Shown: positions 12,752 through 26,211, numbered from the stretch's first letter. The stretch: DNA of 64,000 nt from Octopus vulgaris (GCA_951406725.2 OX597830.1:24738001-24802000), one strand, 5' to 3'. Numbers and translations: made by a program. Notes: generated by a model from the letters alone, not told the origin.

Positions 12752-14140
12752 TTGGAGATAGATAAGTTGGAAATTCATACAGTTTTGAAATATGAGTTCT
12801 TTCTTGGAAGTACAGCATCACACACAGCTCAGAATATTAATGGAGTATTTCATTCTAATGCTATTACACAGCAGATAGTATCAAATTGGTTTGCAAAATT
12901 TCGTCCTGCTAACTTTGACTTCACAAATGAGCAACATGGTTGACCAGAAACAAAGGTGGATCATGGCACTCTGTCGGTTACAACGACGAGGGTTCCAGTT
13001 GGTTTGATCAATGGAACAGCCTGCTTGTGAAATTAATGTGCAAGTGGCTGAACACTCCACAGACATGTGTACCTTTAATGTAGTTCTTGGGGAGATTCAG
13101 CATGATACAGTGTGTGACAAGGCTGGCCCTTTGAAATACAGGTACAACAGAAACAGGAAGAAAGAGTGAGAGAAAGTTGTGGTGAAAGAGTACAGCAGGA
13201 TTTGCCACCACCCCCTGCTGGAGCCTCATGGAGCTTTGTGTGTTTTCACTCAATAAACACAACGCCCGGTCTGGGAATCAAAACCGTGATCCTATGACCG
13301 CAAGTCCACTGCCCTAACCACTGGGCCGTTGCACCTCCACAAAGGTAGATAATAACAAACTGAAAGCCACCATTGAGTCAGATCCATCCCAAAGTACCTG
13401 TGAATTATCATTGCTGTTTGGTGTTAGCAAGCAAACAATATTGAGTCACCTAGTTCAAATTGGTAAAGCGAAAAATTTGGATAAGTGGGTTCCACATGAA
13501 CTCAATGAAAATCAGAAACAGCAGCATTTGGAAGCCTAGATTATGCTACTTTCTCATCACACAAATGAGTTATTTTTTAATCGAACTGTAACGTGATGAG
13601 AAATAGATCTAATGCAACAATCATAAATGTTCAGCACAATGGTTGGACAAAGATACCAAAACACAGTCCAAAAAGCAAAATTCATCAAAAGAAGCTGATG
13701 GTGTGTGTTTGGTGGCCCAGCACAGGTGTGATCCATTATGATTTCATTAAACCTAGTAGAAGTATATTGCAGCCAACTGGACCAAATGATGCAGAAACTT
13801 ACAAAAAAATAAAACAGCCTAGATTAGTCAACATCCACTCCTGTTTTATTGCAAGACAACACCAGACCCATCACAAAAATGACCTTGGCAAAACTACAGG
13901 AGTTGGAGTTGGAAGTTCTCCATCATCCACCATACTCACCTGATTTTGCTCTCACTGACTACCACTTTTTCCAGAATTTGGATAACTTTTTGATAAGAAA
14001 AAAATTTAATTCCGCCAATGCTGTAAAACAGGCCTCCAAGATTTTATTGACTCTAGATTGCAAGGCTTTTACAGTTCCAGGCTGGACAAGCTACCAAAGA
14101 AATGGCAAAATGTATTGACAATATGGGTGCATACTTTGAT
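12752..14140 (+). pseudogene. Mariner DD34D transposase pseudogene
   Basis: KLEIHTVLKYEF...NWFAKFR N-terminus, KWVPHEL, KKLMVCVWW, QDNTRP and HPPYSPDFALTDYHFF motifs, with stops and frameshifts. Confidence 0.9.
12965..13340 (-). mobile_element. SINE family C1 (tRNA head gtggaggtgcaacggcccagtggttagg) inserted in the mariner
   Basis: Reverse complement of 27433-27826; TSD aaaggtggatcat (12952-12964) / aaaggtagataat (13341-13353). Confidence 0.9.
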
Positions 14141-14325
14141 GAATAAAACTATTCCTTGTATTTATAAAATATCAGCAAACCTTTTTTCCTTTTCTACAAA
14201 TTTTTTACTTAAAGACCTAATACATGCGACTAGGTGCATGTATGTGTATGTGTGTGTGTATATATACACACACACACACACACACATATATACATACACA
14301 CATATATATACATTATATATATATA

Positions 14326-14532
14326 TTGGTAAAAACGATAAGATAACAAAAGAAAGAAAGAGACCTCAATATTATGTAAATAGAGGAAATTTATCTGTAA
14401 ATTAATATGTGACAATTATTCAATAGCCAGATGGCCAGATAACCGAAGAGATGGTGTTGTGGATTTCCACTTCGACATCCGAAACTCAGAGTTTTATCTT
14501 GGCTATTGAATAATTGTCACATATTAATTTAC

Positions 14533-14537
<5 letters not shown>
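14326..14537. mobile_element. Fold-back PLE-like insert in (TA)n
   Basis: 38-bp perfect inverted repeat 14392-14429 / 14500-14537; unpaired ~66-nt tail on the left arm; (TA)n on both sides. Confidence 0.8.
14437..14499 (+). ncRNA. Minimal type I hammerhead-like ribozyme motif (U4C variant)
   Basis: Stem I AGAUAA/UUAUCU; core CCGAAGA; long stem II with GUGG-AUUU-CCAC; GAAA; quasi-palindromic stem III ACUC-A-GAGU; GUU site. Confidence 0.65.
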
Positions 14538-14587
<50 letters not shown>

Positions 14588-15107
14588 CATATATATAATA
14601 TCATTATCATTTAACATTCATTTTCCATGCTGGCATGTGTTGGACGGTTTGACAGAAGCTGGCATACTGAAGAGCTGTCTGGGTTTCATGTTTGTTTTTG
14701 GAAGGTTTCTGCAGCTGGATGCCTTTCTTAATGCCAACCACTTTACACAGTCTATTGGGCACTCTTATGGAACACCAGCATGATTGTGTTTAATTGGGCA
14801 CTGGTATGGGTGCTTTTTACATGGTCCCTGTACCCACAAGCCTGCATGATTAAGAAAGCTCAACTGGAGAGTGATGCAGGGGACAGGCCTATTTGCAAGG
14901 ACAACCATGTGTTTACTTAGCTTGACATGCCTTTTCAAGCAGAGCAGACCACCAGGAGTCTTAGTTCCCTGTCATCCCCTCTGGGACTCCCAACATCTGT
15001 AAATCCTTTCTCATCACTTCAGCTGATGCAATTTTTGTAGCCTTATTAAAGATGTCTTCGTACGAAACAATTGTACCGATATATTGATCCATTCTTGTTG
15101 CTTTTTT

Positions 15108-15588
<481 letters not shown>

Positions 15589-15823
15589 TAGAAACCCATT
15601 GATAGAAGCACTATTGTCAGATAACAATAATAAAATTTGATTTTGGCATATATAATCACAGAGCAAGAAGAGAAGGAGGGAAGGACAGAGAGAGAGAGAG
15701 AAAAATAAAGGTAGGAGTGGGTCTATGGAGTTGTCAGCATTTAAATTATTGATTCAGTTGTCAAACAAAATACCCTGAATACCTTTAGTGTCCCTTGTGT
15801 TGTTATTTTGCACACTCATCTAC

Positions 15824-15866
<43 letters not shown>

Positions 15867-16049
15867 TATTTGTTTGTCTACATATATATGTATGCATGAA
15901 TCTATGTATATACGATGCCCCTATGTATAGAGTACACTTACTCTTCATTATACATGGTAATGAAAATAAAGCATAAATGAAGATAAAGCTATATTTAGTT
16001 AAGAAACAGATAATTATCTACCTACCTGTGTGTTTATGAATGTGTGTGT

Positions 16050-16052
16050 GTT

Positions 16053-16095
<43 letters not shown>

Positions 16096-16208
16096 ATATA
16101 TATGTATGTATATATATATATGTATGTATATATATATGTATGTATATATATATGTATATATATATATATGTATGTATGTATATATATATGTATGTATATA
16201 TATATATG

Positions 16209-16247
<39 letters not shown>

Positions 16248-16358
16248 ATATATATGTATATATATATATATATATTATATATGTATGTATATATATATAT
16301 ATATTATGTATATATATATGTATATATATATATGTATGTATATATATATATATGTATG

Positions 16359-16397
<39 letters not shown>

Positions 16398-16480
16398 ATA
16401 TATATATATATATGTATGTATATATATATGTATATGTATATATATATGTATTGTATATATATATTTGTGTGTGTATATAG
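16050..16480. repeat. Compound (TA)n/(TATG)n microsatellite
   Basis: Direct reading; similar tracts at about 41750-42112, 57463-57712 and 60860-61355. Confidence 0.95.
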
Positions 16481-16639
16481 AGATTCAGTTACATATATAC
16501 TTATATGTATATACACATGTTTTATATGTGTGTGTAATTATATATTTGCATATGTAATTTCTGTGTATATATATAAATACATATGTTTCACTGTCTCTCT
16601 CTCTCTCTCTTTGCCTCTGTGTGTGTGTGTATATATATT

Positions 16640-16679
<40 letters not shown>

Positions 16680-18157
16680 AAAAATATATACATACACATA
16701 TATCTGTCAATATATGTACACGTTATTTTTTTTTGTATATTTTTATTTCTTTCAATTGTTTGTTTATTTGAATTGACAGTGTGTGTGTGTGTGTGTCCAC
16801 ACACACAACCACACATATATATCTGTCGATGTATATATTTGTCAATGTATGTGTATATATATGTGTGTGGCTTTTCTGTATATACTCCTTTTATTTCCCT
16901 AGTGCTACTGCACCTACTATCTCTTCTCTCTCTGTCTCTCTCTCTCTCCCCCCATTCTCTCCCTCTCTGTATATATATTAACATCTTTTTTTACTATGTG
17001 TTGTTGTTGTTTAACATCTATCTAGTTAGTGGTCCAATGGTCAAAAGTGTTCCAGCTGTGAGCATTCAATATTTTTTGAGCATAGAGGACTACCTTGCCT
17101 AATGTGTCTTCTCTCATCAGCCCCGCCTCTCCTCCTTTGGGGCAACTGGGTGTGATGTGAGTATTGTTTGGATGCTATTCCTTACAAACCATAGAGTTTT
17201 CCTCATTAAGGACCTGTATGTGTATGAGCATATATTACATTTCATGAGACAGATATAGCACATACACAAATACGCACATTCTCATTTTGTCTGTTCTGCT
17301 CTCCCCCTCTCTCTCTCTTCCCTTCTTTCAAACAAATCAATTGATTAGTATTTGTTATTGGGTCAAAAGTACATTCGTATTGTTCCCAGTCACTTCTTCA
17401 GTACAGTCTGGGGCCCAGCCTGAGACATTATATCCAGTTTGGGGAGCACTAGGTGGGTGTTGGTGTTGTATAAGTTCCAGGAAAACTTGCTCAGGTGTAA
17501 ACAGGTAGGAAAGTGGACATGTAGACTACACCCCTAACTCTTTCTCTCACTCTCTGTTTGTTTGTCTGTCCCTCTCTCTCTCTCTCTCCCCCTCCCTCTT
17601 TTCTTTTACACTCAACACTGTAGCAGCTTGGATTACGATATTAAATTCATCCACACCAGAAACTATTTTCACACACATTTACTTATTTACATATACCACA
17701 CACACACACACTCTCACATGCACATATATAAACATAAATTTACATTCACAGATTTACGTATAAACACCTCCCACACACATAGAGACAAAACATTGACAGC
17801 ATAGACATACCTGCATACATACGTATTTATCTTCATATATATATATTTGACATTCACAGAAATCTCTTCTTGTGAACTAGTATTTGTCTCTTGATTGTCT
17901 CATACTTGATCCACCCATAGAATATTCGGTGACAAAAACAATTGAAAAGTTCTGAAGACAATTCTTGCTGCTTTACTTTGGATATCATTTAACTTTTGAA
18001 GACATTTGAAGTAAGAGTTTTTTGTCAATTGTATATTTTTTCCTGTTCCTATATCTCTTATTATATATATATATAACACATCTATAAATGATATATGAAT
18101 AATATATGTATACTATATCTATATTATATATAAATAGTATGTATCATATATGTACTA

Positions 18158-18500
18158 TTCTTTTATTTGCTTCGGTCATCTGACTGTGGCCATGCAGGAG
18201 CACCGCCTTTAGTTGAAGAAATCAACCCCAGGACTTATTCTTTGTAAGCTTAGTACTTATTTTATCAGTCTCTTTTGCTTGGCTGTCAAGCAATGATGGG
18301 GTGACAAACACAGACACACACACACACATAAATATATACACACACCAGGCTTCCTTCAGTTTCTGTCTACCAAATTCACTCACAATGCTTTGGTGACTCC
18401 AAAGGTAGAAGACACCTGCCCAAGGTGCCACGCAATGGGACTGAACCAGAAACCATGTGGTTAGGAAGCAAGCTTCTTACCACACAGCCACACCTGCACC
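18158..18500 (-). mobile_element. SINE family A with internal deletion; an oppositely oriented 3' half follows at 18750-18906
   Basis: Family tail and head on the minus strand. Confidence 0.8.
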
Positions 18501-18558
18501 TATATTATATATTATATATGTACACTATATATATAATATATATATGTATACACAATAT

Positions 18559-18626
<68 letters not shown>

Positions 18627-18706
18627 TTTATATATACATTTAATATATGATATATACATATTATATAAATATATACAATATGTATATATATAATATATAT
18701 GTATAT

Positions 18707-18748
<42 letters not shown>

Positions 18749-18906
18749 TATTGACAACCGATGCTGGTGTGTTTATGTCCTTGTAACTTAGCAGTTGAGC
18801 AAAAGAGACCAATAAAATAAGTACTAGGCTGTTTTCTTTGACTAAAACCCTTTAAGATGGTACTCCAGCATGGCTACAGTCAAGTGACTGAAACAAGTAA
18901 AAGAAT

Positions 18907-18943
<37 letters not shown>

Positions 18944-19019
18944 TATATATTGCTGTCACTTTTATTGTTGAATTTTTTAAAAGTTTATAACGATTTGTTC
19001 AATTTAAACCTGGTGCTTG

Positions 19020-19810
19020 TATTGCTGTCAAGCCCAAGTCCACCTTGGTTGAGCTGATTTATGATCAAAATCTCCTCAGGCATAGTGTACCCCAGACTAT
19101 ATTTTATAATCTGACATTTTTATTTTTAAAACACGAGGATAAAATATGAAAGGAAATTTGGCTGCTATTTCTACAGGTTGAGCAACCATGTGGAGCCATA
19201 GGCACCTAAACATACAGATATTGTTTCATGCTGTTGTTGTTGTTATTGTTGTTCAGTTTCAGGTAAGCTTCAGATGAGCAGCCCATAATCTAAAGTTCTC
19301 TAACTTTGACCATTCTGTCTTTTTTGGGAGGATGGGGAGAGGGGTATGACAACATTTATAACGTGTTCTTTAAGATACATCATACAATGTTAGGGTGCGA
19401 TTCGAAGGATTTTGGCTACTACTTCTAGCAGTTATAATGACTGCATAGAGTTACCTCATTCACTTATTGATTTTTATGTTGTGGTTTTGCTCCAGATCAG
19501 CTCAGCTTTAAGAGACCCATAAGTACAGGAACAGAATTTGCTTAAGGAATGCAAACCCAAATCCAACACAAGATGCTCAAAGCATTTTCATTACTCCCAT
19601 CCACCAAACAAAAATTCCGCAGGTGTCAGCACACTCCCTGTGGCCTCTGTTCCTGAGCCTATATAGACACATGTGATAAAAGTTGCTCCAACCATGACTT
19701 TCTTGTATATCCAGTACTTGCATTACACAACATGGCCTGCTACCATTAACTTATTTGTAACATAGTAAGATGTGAATTAAGGAAGGTTTAGCTACTATGT
19801 CTAGCACAAA
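19020..19810 (-). mobile_element. Cluster of old SINE-like family E copies ((AAC)n tail; gatttggctgctatttctagc motif)
   Basis: Same motifs recur at about 20250-20340(+), 30240-30450, 42820-43010(+), 43050-43275, 58640-58720 and 59985-60150. Confidence 0.6.
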
Positions 19811-19954
19811 ATAGACCTCCACCCTTTATTGTTTCATGTGAGTCAATCAATGGTTATTTTTGTTACTGATGAGTGACTTTGTCCTTTTCTGTTTGGTCGC
19901 ACCTATTTGTTAAGATAACTGGTAACACACCTGATTAATGTACTCATCAAAGTA

Positions 19955-20173
19955 CAATAATCCCTTGCTATATCATGGTTCACCTATCGCGGTTTATTAT
20001 TTAAGCTTACGTCAATTCCTCCGTGGTGTTGTTTTGCATTTATGATAAAATAGATATACACAAATTATAAAAACAATTTTTAAAAAATATACAGTACTGT
20101 TTCTACTTTGCGGATTTTAACCTGTCACAGGGGCTTTTGAAACATAACACCTGTGATAGTCGAGGGATTACTG
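19955..20173. mobile_element. pogo/Tigger-type MITE
   Basis: TA TSD; TIR caataatcccttgcta / tagtcgagggattactg. Confidence 0.75.
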
Positions 20174-20623
20174 TACTCTACAGATGTGTAATTACATCAA
20201 AATAACGTCCGAGTCAACAAGTGAGGCCTTTACATGGATGTAAAAATCTATGAAAGATAGCAGCCAAATCTCTTTCAAATCATGCCCTACCATCAACAGA
20301 GAAATAATATCAAGGAAGATCACATTAGTTAAGGTAGTCTTAGAGATTAAGAATATAAGACTGGAAGAGCTTTGATTGTAGGTGAGTTCAATGAAGGCAG
20401 CTAAGTTATCTAGCACAGCTGTCTACTGCTTCTGTCATTTACTCCTACCAAGGTATTTTGATGGATTTACTTTTCATATCATAAGTGGGCAAGTAAAATT
20501 AAAAAGAATGCCTAACTCATGCTAGTACAGTGGTCAAAATGTGTGAAATGATATAAATGTAATCGATGAGGTAACTTCCCCCCAAATTTCAGGACTTATG
20601 CCTGTAGTAGAAATGACTTATTA

Positions 20624-20950
20624 AAGGAGCACTCTGTCGGTTACGACGACAAGGGTCCCAGCTGATACGATCAACGGAACAGCTTGCTCATGAAATTAAC
20701 ATGCAAGTGGCTGAGCAATCCACAGACACAAGTACCCCTAATCTAGTTCTCAGGGAGATTCAGCATGACACAGAGTGTGACAAGGCCGGCCCTTTGAAAT
20801 ACAGGTACAACTCATTTTTACCAGCTGAGTGGACTGGAGCAACGTGAAATAAAGTGTCTTGCTCAAGGACACAACGCATCGCCAGGAATCGAACTCACGA
20901 CCTTACAATCGTCAGTCGAATGCTCTAACCACTAAGCCACGCGCCTTCAC
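20624..20950 (-). mobile_element. SINE family C2 (tRNA head, CORE-like domain, family C tail)
   Basis: Perfect 13-bp TSD aaatgacttatta (20611-20623 / 20951-20963); A box tggcttagtgg, B box gagttcgattcc; gtgtccttgagcaagacacttt CORE-like segment; another copy at about 38155-38478. Confidence 0.9.
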
Positions 20951-21398
20951 AAATGACTTATTATTATCCTTGTCATCAAGACACTTGTTACTTCATTGCC
21001 AGTGTTCAACTGGTACTTTTTTTCATCAACCCTGAAAGAACAAAAGGTAAAGTCGACCTCGGCAGTATTTGAACTCTGAATGTGAAAACAGATGAAATAA
21101 AACTAAGAATTTAATCTAGCATGTTATCAATTCTGTCAGATCACCACTCTAGTAATAATAATAATAATAATAGTAATAGTAATAATAATGGCTTCAAATT
21201 TTGGCACAAGGCCAGCAATTTTGTGGGAGCGAGTAATCATTTACACTAACTCCAGTGTTTAACTTGTTCATATTGACCTCAGAAGGATGAAAGGTAAGGT
21301 CGACCTCAACGGAAATTGAACTCAGAGCATAAAGACGAACAAAATGCGGCTAAGCATTTTGCTCAGCATGCTAATGACTCTGCCAGCTCACTGCCTTC

Positions 21399-21447
<49 letters not shown>

Positions 21448-21449
<2 letters not shown>

Positions 21450-21750
21450 TTTCTTTGATTTGCTACAGGGGCATTAGATAAGGGATTCTTTACAAAGACA
21501 GTTTACAATTTGTGTGAGGTTTTACATAAAAGATGAGAAGAGAGAAAGGGAAAAGATGATGAAATGGGATAAAATATTCATAGTATGCAAATTATGTGCA
21601 TACATGAATGATGTAGTTCTCCTGATCCAGGAGAGTCTCTGACTAGGGCCAAACAAGGAACCCCACAAATCCAGGATTACCTTGAGCACCAAAGACACAA
21701 GTCTTCACCCAACTGTTGTTCTGCAATCTATAGGCATATATTCTTTGCAC
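21448..21750 (-). mobile_element. Tx1/L1-like LINE 3' UTR remnant; related piece at 22408-22645
   Basis: Similar to 32015-32450; ends in gcaaatcaaagaaatc followed by (ATT)n on the minus strand. Confidence 0.45.
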
Positions 21751-21960
21751 AGGGCCAGCGGAGGGGTAAGTCAATTACCTCAACCCCAGTTGGCACTTTA
21801 TTTTATTAATCCCAGGTGAGTGAAAAGCAAAGTTGATCTTGGTGACATTTAAACGCAAAATGTTAACCCGGAAGAAATGCGGCAAAGCAGTTTGTCTGGC
21901 ATACTGTCTATTTTGCTAATTCGCCTAATGATAATAAATATAGAACACCAAGATATTAAC

Positions 21961-22140
21961 AGGAGTGGCTGTGTAGTAAGTAGCTTGCTTACGAACCACA
22001 TGGTTCCAGGTTCAGTCCCACTGTGTGGCACCTTGGGCAAGTGTCTTCTACTATAGCCTCGGGCCAACCAAAGCCTTGTGAGTAGATTTGGTAGATGGAA
22101 ACTGAAAGAAGCCCATCGTATATGTGTGTATGTGTGTGTA

Positions 22141-22176
<36 letters not shown>

Positions 22177-22404
22177 TGTATGTGTGTGTGTATGTTTGTG
22201 TGTCTGTGTTTGTCCCCCCAACATTGCTTGACAACCAATGCTGGTGTGTTTACGTCCCCATAACTTAGCGGTTCGGCAAAAGAGACCAATAGAATAAATA
22301 CCAGGGTTACAAAGAATAAGTCCTGGGGTCGATTTGCTCGACTAAAGGCCGTGCTCCAGCATGGCCACACTCTTTTACTTGTTTCAGTCATTTGACTGTG
22401 GCCA
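21961..22404 (+). mobile_element. SINE family A, full length, with inverted 3' tail
   Basis: Consensus-like until about 22368, then ctcttttacttgtttcagtcatttgactgtggcca, the tail in reverse orientation. Confidence 0.9.
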
Positions 22405-22929
22405 GTCAATAATTTGTGTGGTGGGTTACATAAAAGATGAGGAAAAAGAAATGGAAAGATGGTGAAATGCAATAAAAGTATACATATTATAGAAAGTATG
22501 TGAGAACATGAATCATGCAGTCCTCCTGATACAGGAGAAACTCCAACTAAGATCAATTAAGGAATACCACGGATCCAGGATTATCCTGACCACTAAAGGC
22601 ACAAACGTTTGCCAATTGTTGTTCTCCAATCTACAGGTGCATACTTAGAGTAGGGTCATTCACTCTAATAATGATAATCTTTTCTACTATAGGCACAAGG
22701 CCTGAAATTTTGGAGGAGGGAGCTAATCAATTACATCAATCCCAGTGCTAAACTGATACTTATTTTATCAATCCTGAAAGGATGACAGCCAAAGTCAACC
22801 TCAGCAGAATTTGAACTCAGAAAGTGAAGACTGGTGAAATGTCACTAAGCATTTTGTATAGCATGGTAACAATTCCATCAGCTCACCACCTGGCACACTA
22901 TAAATAATAATAATAATAATAATAATAAT

Positions 22930-23337
22930 AAGAGCACTCAGAGAGCACAAACCTCCACCAAGGCAACACCAACATTCTCTCAGCAATTAGCCGGAGATGA
23001 CTTTTAACATGAGAATACCCGAAAAAATAACCTCGACTGCTCTCAGAAATGAGAATACTAAAAATGAATCCAACAGCTTTCAAAAGTTTAAAAAAAATCA
23101 GGATCCCAAAATCTAATCAGTTTGTACCAGTTACGAAGCCAAACATATCTGAAATTTTCATCCAAATCCATCCAGCGGTTTTTGAGTTACCTTGTCCATG
23201 CACAAACAAGCAAACAAACAAACATGGCTGCAAACAATACCTCCAAATCCATCCAGCGGTTCTTGAGATATCTTGTCCATGGGCAAACAAACAAACACGA
23301 CTGAAAACAATACCTCCGCCTTCACTAAGGTGGAGGT
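22930..23337 (-). mobile_element. Helentron-associated non-autonomous element (HINE/DINE-1-like)
   Basis: 5' palindrome acctccacctt-agtg-aaggcggaggt; (GTTT)n; 3' subTIR ccttggtggaggt then terminal hairpin gtgctctctgagtgctc; internal tandem duplication. Confidence 0.7.
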
Positions 23338-25069
23338 GCTGATGATGATGATAATTGTTTCTTGCATATGCACAAAGGCTTGAAATTTAGTGTTGTGGGA
23401 TTAGCTGATGGTATTGTCTCCAGTACTTAACTGGTATTTCATTTCATCACCCCCCACAAAAAAAACCCAAAAAAAACCAAAGACAAAGTTGGCTTCAGCA
23501 GTATTTGAACATAGAATTTAAAGAGCTGCAATAGATACTGTGAAGTGCTTTGTTTCACTCTCCACTTGGCTGAAATTGCAAACTATGGTTCAGAGGAATA
23601 GTCTTAATGATCAATTTGCATTCCACTCACTTCTAAGGATACATGACAGTAATATGGACCAACCTCTAGTATTTTTATTTTATCATAACCTGAAAGATGA
23701 AAAACAAGGTCAGGATTGGAACTGAACACTTTGTGGCAGGTCCCAACAGAACATTTGTTAGTCATTACATCCAGTGCTCCACTGATCCTCCCGATCCAAT
23801 GCCCTGAAGTAATGACTTCTTTTTTTTTTAGTCTCGGGGAAATATCCAAATATTGCAATATTTGAATATTTCCCTGAGACTAATAATATATGTCCATAAT
23901 ATTTCAGTCACACATAATATATCTTTCATCAACACAAAATACTCCTGGATATATTTTACATTGTTGTTGTTGTTGTTGTTATTATTATTATTTTTATTAT
24001 TAAGTAAATAATAGGAACAGTCAAGTGTAAGATATTTCACTGCTGAATGGAAAAAAGGTGTGACATTTATTTCATTTTTTTTTCTTTTTTCATGTAGGAG
24101 GTACAAATAAATGACATCAGAAAAGTGAATAGACAACATTAACTAGGAAACAAACTCTAACTAACCAATGAGAAAGCTTATATGTAGTCAGTTGTTTTTT
24201 TTTTTTTACTTTTTACAGTTGTTGGACTGTGGATTAGCTGGAGCACCATCTTAAGGGGTCTTTTTTTTTTTTCAGTTGATGAGATTTACCTCCCCACCAT
24301 ACTTATCTTAAGCATGATACTTATCCTAGCAGTCTCCTTTTTTTCTCTTTGACAAACTGCTAATTTATGAGGATGTAAACAAACCTACACTAGTCCTCAA
24401 ATGATGACAAACTTAAATATACATACAGGTATGTATGTATTTATGTATATATCACAGTATCATGGTGTTGATCGAACTATCAGATGCTGTTATACATCGC
24501 TAGTCACAATGTGCTTCACATTGTTTCAGCCTTTGAATGATGCCAACATTGCTCCTGATCATAAGGCTATTCTATCATAGGGTTACCCATTTACAGCTGA
24601 GTATGTGTGTATGTATATATATATATAATCAAAATAAGCAACAGGATATCCAGAGGTGATGCCCTATGACCGTTTCAAGCAACTCCATTTAATTGAACAA
24701 TGTAATCTTTACATCAATTTAAATGCAGGGCTATCCTCAGCTGCATAAATAAATAAATAGAATTTGTTTAATCAGTCAGACATATTTGTATAATTTTACT
24801 TAAATCCTCTAAGAGGGTAAGAAAACAGACAAAGTCCATGCTTTTTCACTTCAGCTTAGAAGCTTCTAAGACATCAGGAAAAAAAATTGTTAGGGCCATA
24901 GCTTGTCATTGATTTTGGTTCAGTTTTAATTTATTAAGTCTTGTTTATCAAATCTTTGTACACCTAATTTTGAAGTTGTACAGTTAATACCGCACTAATT
25001 TTCGGTGCTTCAACTTAAGTACCTAATTCATCTGAATCTCAATTATTTTGCTATATATATATATATATA

Positions 25070-25995
25070 GTTCATGGATGAGATCCATATATTCTTTGTA
25101 CAGAATACACTTAGTAGTGTTCAAGAAATTTTAACTTGAGCAGGCAGAGAAGTAGATATAGAGATAAGCAAGTTAGATCAATATATAAAGTATATTAAAT
25201 ACATGAAATACAATAAATGTATATGTGTAAACAATAAAGAAAGGTCCGATTTATACAGAATATAAATGATCTGGAGAATTAAAAATGTTGAGGGAAAGTA
25301 TTACAAATCCAATAGCTGTTTCTGGGGACTTGATGATCCATAATAATGTTTGTAGATTGATGTGATGAGCCTCTGTCTTCAGGGAAGAGATCTTACATTT
25401 CAGATATCAAAGGAGAGAAGTTTGAAGATGGAATGATTGAATGTGGAGAGCTAAGTGTATTAGAGGGGGGAATCAGGGGAGGTATTTAGATAGCGAATAA
25501 TGAGAGGAGAAAATATAGTTCAAGAGGGAAAATATAGTTCAAGAGTTAATAAAGAGGGTGGTGGTGGTGGTGGCGGAGGCGGCGGTGGCGGCGGTAGCAG
25601 CAGCAGCAGTAGAAGGTAGGAGGATGAGAGGAGGGTGGAGTAGGTAGTATGTGAACGATAGTCGGTTGTGTTAAGCTTCCATATAAATAATAGAACTTAT
25701 GTTTGAGATATTGAGAAATGGGAATGGCCATTATCTGAGGGAAGCAAGGTGATTAGTTCGATTCCTGAGGGAGATTATTAAAGTATGTAAAGAAGTAAAA
25801 GAGCCCCTAGAAATAATAGCTGTTGGACTTGTAATACTTTTCCTCAAACCCTTTAATTCTCCATGTTATTTGTATTCTGTGTAAGTCAGACCTTTTTATA
25901 TGCGTACATATAAATATACATTTTTTTCTTTTTTTGGTTTCATGTATTTAACACACTTTATATATTAATCTGTCTAACATGCTTATCTCTACATT
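25070..25995 (-). mobile_element. Degenerate Penelope-like 3' fragment with inverted pLTR
   Basis: Inverted repeat about 25159-25330 / 25801-25992; minus-strand CUGAAGA...GAAACAGCU motif at 25308-25388; possible GIY-YIG C-terminal remnant (YFNNLP, QIMAIP, FIWKLNT across frameshifts). Confidence 0.6.
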
Positions 25996-26140
25996 TATAT
26001 TTATATAGTTCGTATTTGTATTTGGTTTGCAAGATTCTTGATTTGAATTTGTGTGTTGAAAGAAATACTATTGAACTTTGGGAGAAGCACCAGTGCGTGT
26101 GTTTATTACAACCAGCATAATGCCCCTCCCAAGGTTCAAT

Positions 26141-26175
<35 letters not shown>

Positions 26176-26211
26176 GTGTGTGTATGTATGTATGTAAGTA
26201 TGTTATGTATA

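Larger units (their letters stand above)
12568..14220 (+). mobile_element. Full-length degenerate mariner (Hsmar1/cecropia-like) interrupted by a SINE
   Basis: TA TSDs; TIRs ttaggttgtaaagtacgaaatttgtag / ctacaaattttttacttaaagacctaa; transposase remnants inside. Confidence 0.9.
20970..23540 (-). mobile_element. Cluster of SINE family D copies (Meta/Sauria-SINE-like domain gcctttcatcctttcggggtcgataa, (ATT)n tail) with nested elements
   Basis: Copies at about 20990-21150, 21190-21398, 21755-21930, 22676-22895 and 23355-23545, separated by (AAT)n. Confidence 0.75.

Noticed and set aside
16030-16646. Long ORFs rich in YI, CV, HT, LS or ER (also 895-1170, 2500-2936, 37125-37787, 41602-42324, 57353-57774, 60717-61405)
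   Set aside because: Translations of stop-free dinucleotide microsatellites
21849-22556. 235-aa ORF
   Set aside because: Antisense read-through of SINE A plus flanking repeats; the same pseudo-peptide recurs at every SINE copy
25552-25645. GC-rich trinucleotide run resembling coding low complexity
   Set aside because: Compound microsatellite inside the PLE-like fragment
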